Assembly (NCBI GenBank): GCA_963663965.2
Contig: CAXXFK010000030.1
Location: forward strand, 263,771-327,770
Origin: Sedimentisphaerales bacterium
GTDB lineage: Bacteria; Planctomycetota; Phycisphaerae; Sedimentisphaerales; SM23-30
Reading direction: 5' to 3'
DNA length: 64,000 nt
Positions within the stretch are counted from its first letter, which is position 1. Each line of letters begins with the position of its first letter. Positions 31,697 to 43,539 of this stretch are shown piece by piece. A program made the translations under genes and the position numbers. The notes below the pieces were generated by a model that worked only from the letters and a program-made list of their open reading frames with translations, had not been told where the DNA came from and ran no database searches.

Positions 31697-33217
31697 ATGA
31701 AACGCAGAGAATTCCTCCAACAAATCGCTTTCACCGCTGGATCGGCATTCATGGCCGGCGCCCTTTACAGCCAGACCGGCACTGGCGTTGAACTAAAAAA
31801 CAACGCGATCGATCTCCGTCCGGGCAAGAACCGGCCCAATATTGTCTTTATTCTGGCCGACGATATGGGCTACGGCGATATTAAATACCTCAATCCCGAA
31901 TCAAAAATTCCAACCCCGAATATGGACCGGCTGGCTGCCGAAGGGATTTATTTTACCGACGCCCACACCCCGTCGGCCGTTTGTACCCCCACGCGTTATG
32001 GCGTGCTGACCGGCCGCTATTGCTGGCGCTCACGACTCAAAAAGGGTGTCCTCAACGGCTACAGCAAACGCCTGATCGAGCCGGGCCGGCTGACCGTGGC
32101 CTCCATGCTCAAAGAAAGCGGCTATCGAACCGGTTGTGTCGGGAAATGGCATCTGGGTCTGACCGACACTCAACCGGCTGACTTTAACTTGCCCCTGACC
32201 CCCGGCCCCAACGAGGTCGGCTTCGATTACTGGTTTGGTATCCCGGCCTCACTGGATATGCCGCCTTATTGTTTTATCGAAAATGGCGCTCCCACCGAAC
32301 CGGTCACCGCAACTGTCGCCGGTGAACCTTATCCGCGTTTCTATCGCTCGGGCGCGGCATCACCTGGTTTTGATGTCGACGATGTCATGCCGAAAATCAC
32401 CCAAAAAGCGTGCCATTTTATCGAGGATCATCAAGCCAGACACGCCGGCCAGCCCTTCTTTTTGTATTTCCCACTGACCGCTCCGCACACCCCCTGGCTG
32501 CCCCTGGAACAAAATTACCAGCGCAGTAAGGCGGGGGTTTATGGCGATTTTGTCACGCTGGTTGACTGGACCGTAGGTCAGGTTATGAAGACGATCGAAA
32601 AAAATGGGATCAAGGACAATACCCTGATTATCGTCACCAGCGATAATGGCTCCCACATCGCCCATATCGGCGAGCATAACAACGGGGTGTCCGATCCCGA
32701 CAAGTATAATTTCGGCCATGACGCCAACTATATCTATCGCGGCCAGAAATCGGATGTCTGGGATGGCGGTCATCACACTCCGTTTATTGCCCGCTGGCCG
32801 GACAGGATCAAATCCGGCACAAAATCCGACGAAACCATCTGCCTGGTTGACCTGACCGCGACCTGCGCGGCGCTGGTCGGTTATCAACTGCCCGACAATG
32901 CCGCGGAAGATAGCTACAATATCCTGCCGGCGCTGCTGGGTGAATCCCTTACAAACCCCATTCGTGAGGCAACCGTGCATCATTCCATCGAGGGTAAGTT
33001 TGCCATTCGTAAAGGCAAGTGGAAATTCCTGGATTGTGCCGGATCAGGCGGCTGGTCCACCGGCGGCGACAAGCTGCCCGGGCAATTATACGACATGGAA
33101 GCCGATCCCAGGGAGACCACCAATCTTTTCCAGAGTCCCGAGCATCAAGCCATCGTTACCGAACTCAAGACATTATTGGAAAAATACAAGTCACAAGGAT
33201 ACAGCCGGCCGATGTAG
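31697..33217 (+). CDS. Cys-type arylsulfatase, Tat-exported
   Basis: MKRREFL; DDMGYGD, CTPTR, GKWHLG, SDNG. Confidence 0.95.
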   Translation: MKRREFLQQIAFTAGSAFMAGALYSQTGTGVELKNNAIDLRPGKNRPNIVFILADDMGYGDIKYLNPESKIPTPNMDRLAAEGIYFTDAHTPSAVCTPTRYGVLTGRYCWRSRLKKGVLNGYSKRLIEPGRLTVASMLKESGYRTGCVGKWHLGLTDTQPADFNLPLTPGPNEVGFDYWFGIPASLDMPPYCFIENGAPTEPVTATVAGEPYPRFYRSGAASPGFDVDDVMPKITQKACHFIEDHQARHAGQPFFLYFPLTAPHTPWLPLEQNYQRSKAGVYGDFVTLVDWTVGQVMKTIEKNGIKDNTLIIVTSDNGSHIAHIGEHNNGVSDPDKYNFGHDANYIYRGQKSDVWDGGHHTPFIARWPDRIKSGTKSDETICLVDLTATCAALVGYQLPDNAAEDSYNILPALLGESLTNPIREATVHHSIEGKFAIRKGKWKFLDCAGSGGWSTGGDKLPGQLYDMEADPRETTNLFQSPEHQAIVTELKTLLEKYKSQGYSRPM

Positions 33218-33230
33218 CGAACCGGATAGT

Positions 33231-33761
33231 TTATAAGCTGTCCAGATAGCCAGCCATATCAAATGGCTCAATTGCGGATTGATGCGACAGATACAAGGGA
33301 TGGTGCGGGTGTCCCGCTTTGCTGATTGCCCCGATGGTGATCCAGCTGACTCCAATCTTATCCAGAGTTTTAACAATATCCCGCAAAGCGCCGGGAAGAT
33401 AGCTCCGCTTGCGAATCAGTGTCCCCCAGGCCGCCCATACATCCACCTGATCATAATCCGACAGATAGCCGGCTATGTAACTCAGGTTCTTTTGGTGTAG
33501 TGTCATGTCCATATCCGGATGAAGACCGTTCGGATCGGTCGACCTTTGCGGGTATACATTCAGCATCAGCCAGCCATCGTAGCCGTGAATCTGGGAAAAT
33601 CGCCTGACATTGGTCAGTGTCCGGTCCAGGTTATCCGGCTCAGCGGTGCTTGGATTGATCCCGATACAGACCAGCGGCCGACGGCCCGATTCGCCCAGAA
33701 TATACCGGGCCGAGTTGTCGGCGTTCTTCTCGTATAACCAGTTATAGAACAGATTACTCAT
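33231..33761 (-). CDS. DUF1643 domain protein
   Basis: RYIL, IGINPSTA..DRT, NVYPQRSTDP, WAAWG, HPHHPLY. Confidence 0.85.
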   Translation of the reverse strand: MSNLFYNWLYEKNADNSARYILGESGRRPLVCIGINPSTAEPDNLDRTLTNVRRFSQIHGYDGWLMLNVYPQRSTDPNGLHPDMDMTLHQKNLSYIAGYLSDYDQVDVWAAWGTLIRKRSYLPGALRDIVKTLDKIGVSWITIGAISKAGHPHHPLYLSHQSAIEPFDMAGYLDSL

Positions 33762-33985
33762 TCATTCGTATCAAGTTAGCAGTCAAGTCATTTATCTTAC
33801 TTTCATCCTATCAGATTCTCTTGCTTTGGTAAATATATTTGTACGCAATAACGGTTCATTGACCGCTAATAAATGCACATCATCCACTTTTTGATTGCCC
33901 ATAATCGACTTGTACCGGCATCGATTATCAGCTATAAAAGGGGAGTTCATAGTCATAGGATACCCGTGAATTGGAGATAAAAGCT

Positions 33986-35617
33986 ATGTTGCCAAAAGTC
34001 CGCCCCCCATGGGCATTTCTATTGTTTGTGCTTTTACTGGTACAGATCGGTTCGGCGATTACCCCTTACCAGTCCAAAGTCTGGTCGCCGGAAGATCCAC
34101 CCGGTTTCTATCGCAATCCCATCATCTACGCCGACTATTCCGATCCGGATGTGGTACGTGTCGGTCAGGATTACTATATGACCGCCTCCAGTTTCGCCTG
34201 CATACCCGGCCTGCCCATCCTCCATTCCACCGATCTGGTGAACTGGACCCTGATCGGCCATGCGCTAGGTAGATATCCCAAAGATGATTTTAATACCCCT
34301 CAGCATGGCAAAGGGGTCTGGGCGCCCAGTATCCGCTATCACAACCACATGTTTTATATCTACTGGGGCGATCCGGATACCGGCATTTACATGGTCCGCT
34401 CCCGTCATCCCGAAGGCCCCTGGGAAGAGCCCATCCTGGTCCTGAGCGGACAGGGCCTGATTGATGCCTCACCCTTATGGGATGACGATGGCAAGGCCTA
34501 TCTTGTCCATGCCTGGGCCGCCAGCCGCGCCGGGATCAAAAGCGTCTTAACGGTACATCCCATGAGACCGGATGGCGCCTATGTCAGTCCGGAGGGTAAG
34601 CATGTGTTCGATGGCAATGACGCTCACCCAACCACTGAAGGGCCGAAATTCTATAAAAGAAACGGCTATTATTATATCCTGGCCCCGGCCGGCGGTGTCA
34701 AAACCGGCTGGCAGCTGGCCCTGCGCTCCAGAGATATATACGGCCCGTATGAAACCCAGGTCACCCTGGAACAGGGCGACACATCCATCAACGGCCCGCA
34801 TCAGGGCGGCTGGGTTGATACCCCTTCCGGCCAGTCCTGGTTCCTGCATTTTCAGGATGTGGCGGCTTACGGACGCATCATTCACCTGCAGCCGGTTACC
34901 TGGCAGGATGACTGGCCGTTCATGGGCCGGCGTAATGAGACTACTGGCAAATGGGAACCGGTTCTGAACTACCAAAAACCACAATGCCCGGCCCATAGCC
35001 CCATCGCCAATCCGGCCGAATCCGATGAATTCGACAGCGGCGAACTCGGCTTGCAATGGCAGTGGCAGGCCAATCCCAAACTGACCTGGTGCGTGCTGTT
35101 ACGCGATACCGATTACCTGCGGCTATACTCCGACAAACTGCCCCCGGATACCACCACACTCTGGCACGCCGGCAATCTCCTGCTGCAGAAATTCCCCGCG
35201 CCTGAATTTACCGCCACGACCAGAGTCCGCTTCACCCCGCTGGAACACGGCACCCGAACGGGCCTGGTCGTGATGGGCAAAGATTATGCCTGCCTGTCAT
35301 TCACCGAAGCGGAAAAAGGCTTTACCCTGTCCCAGATCACCTGCCCCAAAGCGGATAAAGGGGGTCAGGAAGAGGTCAATGAGCAAGTAGCTCTGAAAGA
35401 AAATACCATCTATTTACGAGTTGCAGTAAAAGCCCCCAGTGCCATCTGCCAGTTCAGCTACAGCCTGGATGGCAAGTCATTTCTCCCGCTGGGAAAAACC
35501 TTCAAAGCCAGTCCGGGCATGTGGATCGGCGCCAAAGTGGGTTTGTTCTGTATCAAAGAACAGGATGTTCGTTTCGGCGGTTATGCCGACTTTGACTGGT
35601 TCCACATCGATAAATAG
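33986..35617 (+). CDS. Glycoside hydrolase family 43 (xylosidase/arabinosidase-like) with C-terminal beta-sandwich
   Basis: YSDPDVVRVG, WAPSIRYH, LIDAS..WDDDG, TEGPKFYK, PHQGG. Confidence 0.93.
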   Translation: MLPKVRPPWAFLLFVLLLVQIGSAITPYQSKVWSPEDPPGFYRNPIIYADYSDPDVVRVGQDYYMTASSFACIPGLPILHSTDLVNWTLIGHALGRYPKDDFNTPQHGKGVWAPSIRYHNHMFYIYWGDPDTGIYMVRSRHPEGPWEEPILVLSGQGLIDASPLWDDDGKAYLVHAWAASRAGIKSVLTVHPMRPDGAYVSPEGKHVFDGNDAHPTTEGPKFYKRNGYYYILAPAGGVKTGWQLALRSRDIYGPYETQVTLEQGDTSINGPHQGGWVDTPSGQSWFLHFQDVAAYGRIIHLQPVTWQDDWPFMGRRNETTGKWEPVLNYQKPQCPAHSPIANPAESDEFDSGELGLQWQWQANPKLTWCVLLRDTDYLRLYSDKLPPDTTTLWHAGNLLLQKFPAPEFTATTRVRFTPLEHGTRTGLVVMGKDYACLSFTEAEKGFTLSQITCPKADKGGQEEVNEQVALKENTIYLRVAVKAPSAICQFSYSLDGKSFLPLGKTFKASPGMWIGAKVGLFCIKEQDVRFGGYADFDWFHIDK

Positions 35618-35628
35618 AGGGAACGGTT

Positions 35629-36828
35629 ATGCAGCAAGACAGGCTCGCTTTTAATTTATCCATCATCCTGTTTACGATAATCCTGTCAGTATCCGGTAAT
35701 TGGATTTTGGCAGCCGGATTAACTCCCGGCCTCCACGCTGATGTTGAGTATTGCCGGGCGGCTGGAGAGAGCCTGAGGCTGGATGCTTATGTCCCGGCTG
35801 GTGAAGGACCTCATCCAGTGGCCATACTGGTACACGGAGGTGGTTGGATTGGCGGCGACAAGCAGGATATGAACTTGTTCTATGACTCGCTTTCTCAGGC
35901 CGGTTTCACCTGGTTTTCTATCAACTACCGCCTGGCGCCGGCCCATCGCTGGCCGGCCTGTCTGGATGATGTCCGGACCGCGATCCGCTGGGTGAAAGAC
36001 CATGCTCCGGATTATCAGGGCGATCCGGAACGTATCGCCTTGCTCGGCTATTCCGCCGGCGGCCATCTGGCCTGTATGGCAGCCATCCAGGAACCGGTTC
36101 AGGCTGTCGTCGGCTGCGCGCCTCCCATCGATCATCTATCCGACTCCATCCGGCGCGGCGGTCTGAGTGAATGCATGCAGCAATTACTCAACCGGCCCAC
36201 GGCCATCGATAAACAGAACCGCGAGCTCTTACAATCGATCTCTCCGATCAATCAGATCTCTTCAAATCTGCCTCCCTTTCTGCTGGTGCATGGCGCCGCG
36301 GACCAGAGTGTCTCCTATTCACAATCCACCCGGTTGCGCGAAAAACTGTTGAAGCATAATGTTCCCTGTCAACTGATCACGATCGAAGGCGCACCCCATC
36401 GTATTACCGAATGGGTAAAATACGATCCCGATTATCAACAGCAAATCATTACCTGGCTCGTTAAAACCCTCGGCAACAAAACGGCGACGGCACAGATAAC
36501 CGTCAGCCCGGATGGCTCCGGCGATTTCACCACGGTCCGGGCCGCTATTGACTCGATCCCTTCCAATAATGCCTGTCGAACAGTGATTCATATTAAACCC
36601 GGAACCTATCAGGAAATCATCATCGTTCCGAGAATGAAACGCTATATCACATTCCAAGGCCAGAACGCCGAAACTACGATCTTAACCAATCATTTATATG
36701 CGAGCATGAAAGATGATCAGGGTAAGGAACTGGGCACCTTCCGCACGCCAACAGTCACCATTGAAGCGGATGATTTTTCCGCGGAAAAGATCACCTTCGA
36801 AAATACCCTGCTGGATAAACTCAAATAG
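35629..36828 (+). CDS. Alpha/beta-hydrolase esterase fused to a truncated pectinesterase (CE8) domain
   Basis: HGGGW, GYSAGG, HGAADQSV; then VSPDGSGDFTTV..IKPGTYQE..ITFENT, ending before the CE8 catalytic region. Confidence 0.8.
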   Translation: MQQDRLAFNLSIILFTIILSVSGNWILAAGLTPGLHADVEYCRAAGESLRLDAYVPAGEGPHPVAILVHGGGWIGGDKQDMNLFYDSLSQAGFTWFSINYRLAPAHRWPACLDDVRTAIRWVKDHAPDYQGDPERIALLGYSAGGHLACMAAIQEPVQAVVGCAPPIDHLSDSIRRGGLSECMQQLLNRPTAIDKQNRELLQSISPINQISSNLPPFLLVHGAADQSVSYSQSTRLREKLLKHNVPCQLITIEGAPHRITEWVKYDPDYQQQIITWLVKTLGNKTATAQITVSPDGSGDFTTVRAAIDSIPSNNACRTVIHIKPGTYQEIIIVPRMKRYITFQGQNAETTILTNHLYASMKDDQGKELGTFRTPTVTIEADDFSAEKITFENTLLDKLK

Positions 36829-36846
36829 GGCCTTTTAAAGACACCC

Positions 36847-38295
36847 TTAATAATCATCCCCTTTATAACTGGCAACACATGAGTCTCGCCAGGCACTTAA
36901 GGTTGCTTTCATGGCTGTCACCATCTCCGGTTTTTTATCCGCGATATTACTGCTTTCACCAGGATCGTTAATCAGATCATACAGCTCAAAGGTTTTACCA
37001 GCATCGAAACTGACAATCTTATATCGATTATCCGTCAAACTGACCGCCTTGCGAAGTTCAAACCCAATGGGAGAGGGTCTTTGAGTGCTTTCTCCCATGA
37101 TCAAGGGTAACAGGCTGACACCGTCAATCGGTTTAGTCTGGCCGTCTGCCTGAACACCCAGAACATCCATCGTAGTGGGAAAATAATCGCAAGTACTGCA
37201 GGGATAATCGCTGTTGATGACACCCTTTTTTATTACCTTCGGCCATTCCAGCAGCCCAGGCACCCGGACCCCGCCTTCGTAAAGCGAGCCTTTTCGTCCC
37301 CGGAACGGCCCGGATATCCCTTGCTGCCGCTCACCGGGCTGTTGCGCGGTTCCGCCCCCTTTACCCGCCGGCCCGTTATCGCTGCAAAACCAGAGCATCG
37401 TCTGATCGGCAATACCGGCCGCGCGTAATGCCTGACGCAACCGGCCGATCTGCTCATCCATGGCGGTGATACAGCCAAAATAATGTTGTTGATTATCATC
37501 GCAATCGGCATATAAGGCTTTGTACTCCGGTCCCGCGATTGTCGGTGAATGCGGGGTATGAAACCAGATCACCGCGAAAAAGGGATTCTCTTGCGAGGCC
37601 GCATTTTTTATAAAAGGAAGCGCATGATCCATGATCACCCGTGAATCATCTCCCCGTAATTCAGGCGACTCCCAGGGCACCGGGCTTTCCGGTCCCGTCC
37701 AGTACCGGGTGCCGTAGAATTCCATCGTATCCTCTTCATACATCGGATTCCAGGTGGGCACTTTGGCTTCGGTTGAAAAGCAGGTATCGAACCCATTCTC
37801 CCAGGGTGGGGAATAATCATCACTATTGCCCGGCTTCCCGCGATTCGAGTCTTTGATTTTCGTTGTCAAACTTCCCAGGTGCCATTTCCCAAAGTGGCCG
37901 GTCACATACCCTCTGACTTTCAACACCTCAGCCAGGGTTACTTCTTCCTTTTTCATTTTGCCCACGTTGGCAAAGAAGATCCCATAACGCTGAGGATTCC
38001 GCCCGGTCAACGCGCTGCCCCGGGTCGGAGAACAGACCGCGGACCCCGCGTAGAACCGGTCCAGCCGCAAACTGTGCCCGGCCATCTCATCCAGATGCGG
38101 GGTTTTGATATGCGGATGGTCATGAAAGCCCACATCACCCCAGCCCAGATCATCACACATGCAAAGAATGATATTGGGCCGGGCAGTTTTTTTATCAGGG
38201 GAGGCGTTCTGGCCCAGGCTGGTATTCCAGGTCAGTAGCCCTCCCAGACCCCAGGCCGTTGACTTCAAAAACACACGTCTGCTGATTGGTTTCAT
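36847..38295 (-). CDS. Cys-type sulfatase, Tat-exported
   Basis: ISRRVFL; DDLGWGD, CSPTR, GKWHLG, SDNG, YEGGVRVP. Confidence 0.95.
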   Translation of the reverse strand: MKPISRRVFLKSTAWGLGGLLTWNTSLGQNASPDKKTARPNIILCMCDDLGWGDVGFHDHPHIKTPHLDEMAGHSLRLDRFYAGSAVCSPTRGSALTGRNPQRYGIFFANVGKMKKEEVTLAEVLKVRGYVTGHFGKWHLGSLTTKIKDSNRGKPGNSDDYSPPWENGFDTCFSTEAKVPTWNPMYEEDTMEFYGTRYWTGPESPVPWESPELRGDDSRVIMDHALPFIKNAASQENPFFAVIWFHTPHSPTIAGPEYKALYADCDDNQQHYFGCITAMDEQIGRLRQALRAAGIADQTMLWFCSDNGPAGKGGGTAQQPGERQQGISGPFRGRKGSLYEGGVRVPGLLEWPKVIKKGVINSDYPCSTCDYFPTTMDVLGVQADGQTKPIDGVSLLPLIMGESTQRPSPIGFELRKAVSLTDNRYKIVSFDAGKTFELYDLINDPGESSNIADKKPEMVTAMKATLSAWRDSCVASYKGDDY

Positions 38296-38341
38296 TGCTC
38301 ATCTCTTATGATTGAATTTAGATAGAAAATCGGCCGTCAAA

Positions 38342-41129
38342 TTAACGATCGACCAGCCAGTTATTAATCATAGTCATCAGATCGGGCAGGTTTACATCAT
38401 TGCTGAAGTCCAGATCCGCCCCTTGGCAGTTTTGTTTCAAAAAACAATTGGTCGTCAACCACTGAGTGGATAATGACAGGATATCGTTCAGATCGATTCG
38501 CCCGTTACACGAGATATCGCCGGCGGGAACCACCAGGTACCACATGGTTTTGAGCGCCGGATAAATTTCCAGCGTGGTTATCCCGTTTTCTTCACGAACC
38601 GGAACCACTTGCCCGATTGTGCCGTCCGGATTGAGGGCATAACAGATCCGGTTCGTAACCGGTAATTGGATAACCGCCGCGATCGGTTCGATCTGTACCG
38701 GTTCACGACCCCAGTTGTTACCTACGGTGGTCCGGTCCGATGAAAAAATCATTCCCTTATTTTCACACCGGCCGCAGGCGGTAATCAATATCTTATTACT
38801 TTGCGATAATGGCGCCGGGCTATTATCTTCCGGATACGACACCACAGACACCGCGCAATAAGCCGGTTCTGTAACTACGACTTTGGATCCACTGGCATCG
38901 GCAAATTTATCCTGATGCCCGACATACACCCAGGCATTGTCCGACACCGCGCAATAGATCCCTTTGCCATCCGGATCAATCTGCCAGTCAAGGGCGGTAT
39001 GAGCCGTATTGTCATTTACAACCGTCGATCCGGATTCATCCAGGGTAAGGGCATAACGCTGCTCAAGCAGGTCCGGCCGCGTCACACCACCCAGCTCGGC
39101 CATTACTCCCAACAGATTGCTGTCGTATCGCATATGCAGTTGCGTCAGCGTTGTTAAAGGATGGTCCTGACTGGTTAAGCCAATATAATGATATGTGTCT
39201 CCGACCGGCGTTATACCCTGATTCAGGAAAATAGCCGTTCCCGTTGGCATAAATCCCCATTTGGCCGGCGTATGGATCAGATCGAAAAAACCACTGAAAT
39301 AGTTACTGTCCCATTCATCACCGGAATTAACATACGTAAACAGCCAGATCCCATCCCAGTCCTGTGCCGCGCCATAAGAAGCGATCATCGGCACACAGGC
39401 CACCTGAGAATCCAGCGGCGCCGGGTGATTATATTCACTGACCGTAAACGGCTTACCCGGCGATTGATCGCCCCGGCCCAGCCGCTTGGCAGACAGGCCA
39501 AACAAAGTGGCCTCTTCCATATAATCGGTCATGGGCTTCTGCTCGATATACCAGTCAACCGGATCCCAGGGCTTGTTGGGAAACCGGGGATGCTGCCAGT
39601 AGGCGTGGGCGTCGATATAATCCATATCCGATTGGGCCCATAATCCCAACGGACCAAACACAATCGTACCGGTGACCAATCCCTGGTAGCCCAGCTGGTT
39701 CTTGATAAAGTCCTTCATCTGGTCAAAATAGTTTTTTTTCCGTTTCCGCCAGAAACCGCATTCGATCAATCTGCCGCTGTTCGATCTCACGCTCCGCGAA
39801 AACCCGCACCGAGAAATCCTCCAACGTTTCATCTTCATTCAGACCGGTCTGCCCCCCGGTCCGCAACTGTACATTGGTCAGGTAAAATGGCGTCATATCC
39901 GGCCCGCCAAAGCTGATATTAATCCGGGCCGGCTCATCATCTTCCGTCGCTACAAACCCAAACGTGTAGGTCTTCCAGTCCGTAGTCAATTCGACGTTCC
40001 GGCTGAAGCCCAGGTTGCTCCAGGGCGAATGGTCCTGCATCACACCTACACCAATGCTGCGCGCTTGTTCGGCCACAGCATCAAAACTGAGGGTGTAATA
40101 CTGGTCGCGTTCCACCGCCAGCATCCGGTGCTTCACCTGTAAATGCCAGCTGGTATCATCCGCGATAACCGGCGCCAGCCGGGCTGACGGCCGGGATAAA
40201 TAGCTGCTCCAGACAAAATCCGCCTGACAGCCCTCATGCTGTTCGAGATACCAATACCCTTTGGCCGCAATCTGGGGATCGGTAAAATGATCTTCCAGAC
40301 TGGTCAGCACATCAGGCCCCAGGGGTTCTACCCCCTCGCTCCAGGCCGCCCGCAGGGTGTCCGTATCGGTATAGGTCTCGATGAGCCACAGGTTATAATA
40401 CCGCTGCAGCATATCCGCGTAATAGGCCGGCAACCCTCGCAGGTCTGCGTCGCCGCTCCACATGAAAAAGCTGTCCTCGTTGGTAATCTCGACAAAAGCC
40501 ACCACCGGATCGTTAACATAAGACCTGCCCCGATAAGGATTCGTATGCGTCATCAGTTCCGCGGCATAGACTCGCTGACCGTTGATCAGATGCGGATTAT
40601 ACAAACCGACAATCTTATCGAAACTCGTACCCGGATCGGGCAATCCAAGGTAATGGCTATGATTTCTGCCCACATGCAGATTCAAATTGACATAGATACC
40701 GTGGCGGGCAAATTGATCGATCAGGTAATCCAGGCGATCCACCGCTACGGGATAGATGGTTTTGCCATCGTTTGGATGCCAGATCCCGATCGGATACCAG
40801 GCCGTGTCCATGTGATGCAGACGCACCGAATTCACCCCGGCCCGGGCGATACGCTCCGCCATCGCCTCCGCCTGATCATGCGTTGGAAAGTTCGCTCCGA
40901 AACACAGATTAACCCCCCAAACCTTAAAACGACTGTTGTTCCGATAAAACCGGTCGCCATCGACCGTAATCCGATCCACACTCTCGCTGTATCCAATCGG
41001 CGCTCCAGTCTGACCGATCAACGAACGCGCCTGTTGCGAGCCGGGAATGACAAAAGGCGCCATCACACCATATCCAACCGAAATAATGCCGGTAAGCAGG
41101 ATCGGGGCCAGAATAGATCGCTTGAACAT
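38342..41129 (-). CDS. Clan GH-A (GH5-like) glycoside hydrolase with inserted CBM4/9-like domain and C-terminal dockerin-like domain; frameshift in an A8 run at 39732-39739
   Basis: WGVNL, GVNSVRLHHMD, EITNED, HAYWQHP, VSEYNHP; removing one A fuses the two ORFs (ETEKNYFD); GDISCNGRIDLND..QWL. Confidence 0.8.
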
Positions 41130-41309
41130 GTTTAGGAAGCCTTTGCTATAAGACGATGCCGAGAACTATGATACTCGATTATACCAGAACGGTCGGTTCC
41201 AAGCCATACCCATTTATGAAAATACCTCTGGATTAGATAATGTTGGCGACATCCCAATTAAGCTGTTATACGCAAATAGCTTATAGCCACAAAGTCTTGA
41301 CCGGTCGTT

Positions 41310-43478
41310 TTATTGGACGCCTTCTTTCCTGACAGTATCAACTTCCTTTTTAACTTCTTCAAGAATCTTCCACCAGTCCATATAGTGCGTTCGCGAAAAG
41401 AGTTGTGGACGATACTGTTGGGTTGCTGATCTGGCATAAGCGGTCCAATCATCAACGGCCTTTGTCAGATAACTGACAGCTTGTTTATGGGCGTCCTTGC
41501 GTGACGGATCTCGACGAAAAACAGCCATTGAAGCGGCGCCTCGGATTTTATTCGCGTAGTATTGACCCAGATATGCCATTGCCTCCATATCGCCAAGTAC
41601 TGAAAGCAGTTCTTTGGACTTGGGATTTGTTTTTGTGCGAATGTTAATTACCCCTTCGAGAGTTTGATCCGCAAAACGATCCAGATTATCAGCCACTTCC
41701 ATCGGAGTCATACCGCTAAACGGTTTATTGCCAATAACAGCATCGGCGTATTGCTGTACCGAAAGAATACCGGAACCTTGCAGCGGCGGGTAGCTGAAGA
41801 ACGATTTATCTATCGTCAGAAAACCCTGATCGCTGATACACCCTTCCGGAGAAAATTGAAGGTCGTTGACCCGGAAGAAGAACCGGTTTACCTGGGGCAC
41901 AATTTTTGAAGAGGCCGCCATGGTATCATACAGTAACGTTGCGTCAACCTTTGGAAACCGGTCTTTGAGCCTGGCCTCAAAAAAGTCGCGAGTCAGTGTC
42001 AGGTCATAAGCCAGTCGGCCGAACATCATAAACCGGTACCAGTGTTTATCCACTTCCAGCTGACCGGACAGGACCGGATCTTTCGCGACAAATTCTTTGC
42101 CCTGTACAAAACCATCCGGGCCCAGATAAAAACCGGCCTCGCTGCGCATCAGGTCACGGGGCAGGTTGGCCATGAACTCGCGAACATAGTCCGGATCGCC
42201 CCAGCGCAAGATAAACAGATCATCGTTACGCAGGTTGAGCCAGCAGGGGACTTTGTTTTTTTCCAGACTCCTCCGATATTCGAAGTCCATATAAGGCGAA
42301 GTGGTGGTGGAATGGACGCGGGCGCGGGCGTATTTCTGTCCGGTATTGAATGGCCCGGCGGTATAATCTTTAAAAGCCCCGACAATGCTATCCAGATCAG
42401 CCATCAATCGCCGGAATATAAACCGGATTTCCCGCCCGGGATGATCCCGATGATAATCCATAATACCCTGGCCATAGGTCTGCCAGAGCCACTCTTCACG
42501 GGTTTGGCAATCCCCGAAATGTTCACCGGCCGCGACGCCGATCCCGTCAATCTGAGGATAGGTCTTGAGAAATTCGGTAATGCAATAGCGCATATAGTCG
42601 ATAGTTTTTTGATTGTCGGGCTGGTCGGTAATGCCATATTTACCCTCCGCGCCAAAGGTATAAATATTCCAATGGAAGATATAAATTTCAATGCCAAGGT
42701 CTTTGGCATAGTCAAAGACACGCTGCCAGAAGGCGATTTTATCGTCGAGCGAAATTTTCTTGATTACCATCGTATTAGCCGGATCGAAGACATCGAGTTT
42801 ATCCCAGTGGCGATCGCCATGTTCATCCACCGGCTCCTTGAGCACCCGGACATCGTCATAATTGGCTTGGGGATATTTGGGCAGCCGGACCATACCGGGA
42901 TAAGGATGAGTCGTCCAGAGCGTCAGAACATTGTAACGGTTCCGCACCATGGTATCGATAAATGCTTTCCAGAAGTCCCATTCCCACATGACCGGAATGT
43001 TCTTGTGAGCGGATGTGCCGGTATCGTCGTAACTGGGCGCTCGGGCATCCAGCGGAATATTGAACTTGAGTCCGCGACGTAAAATATAGGGCTTACGCGC
43101 GATTTCACGAACCGCTTCGAGTTTACCGCCGCCAAGCCGAACCTGTTCGGCCAGTTCCAAACCGCCATACATCGCGCCGACAGAATCGCCATATATAATT
43201 CGATAACCTCGATCGCCTTCCTTCTGAATACGGAACGACTGCGGCCCCATGCCGGCCTCAAACCGTTCAAAGACAATATGCAGATCGGCCGGATCGTCAG
43301 ACGTGATGCGATACTTTGATTTCTCCAGAACCTCCGTCATATCGTTGACGGCAAAGGCCATCATGGCATCCTGCCGGTCATAATCAATTTTAACCGAAGC
43401 ATTTTGCGCCAGGCCCCGGGTTTGCGCGGCTATCGTCAATCCAGTCACACCAATTAACAGAATATTCCAGATACGCAT
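41310..43478 (-). CDS. Secreted uncharacterised glycoside-hydrolase-like protein
   Basis: Signal peptide; GH20/GH115-like N-terminus (GAMYGGLELAE..PYILRRG); WLNLRNDD..RWGDP; CAZyme context. Confidence 0.55.
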   Translation of the reverse strand: MRIWNILLIGVTGLTIAAQTRGLAQNASVKIDYDRQDAMMAFAVNDMTEVLEKSKYRITSDDPADLHIVFERFEAGMGPQSFRIQKEGDRGYRIIYGDSVGAMYGGLELAEQVRLGGGKLEAVREIARKPYILRRGLKFNIPLDARAPSYDDTGTSAHKNIPVMWEWDFWKAFIDTMVRNRYNVLTLWTTHPYPGMVRLPKYPQANYDDVRVLKEPVDEHGDRHWDKLDVFDPANTMVIKKISLDDKIAFWQRVFDYAKDLGIEIYIFHWNIYTFGAEGKYGITDQPDNQKTIDYMRYCITEFLKTYPQIDGIGVAAGEHFGDCQTREEWLWQTYGQGIMDYHRDHPGREIRFIFRRLMADLDSIVGAFKDYTAGPFNTGQKYARARVHSTTTSPYMDFEYRRSLEKNKVPCWLNLRNDDLFILRWGDPDYVREFMANLPRDLMRSEAGFYLGPDGFVQGKEFVAKDPVLSGQLEVDKHWYRFMMFGRLAYDLTLTRDFFEARLKDRFPKVDATLLYDTMAASSKIVPQVNRFFFRVNDLQFSPEGCISDQGFLTIDKSFFSYPPLQGSGILSVQQYADAVIGNKPFSGMTPMEVADNLDRFADQTLEGVINIRTKTNPKSKELLSVLGDMEAMAYLGQYYANKIRGAASMAVFRRDPSRKDAHKQAVSYLTKAVDDWTAYARSATQQYRPQLFSRTHYMDWWKILEEVKKEVDTVRKEGVQ

Positions 43479-43539
43479 AGTTTGGTCCTTTAAGTAGTCA
43501 GATAATTCTCTGGCTGACGTTGTCATTCTTGGCGGTTTT

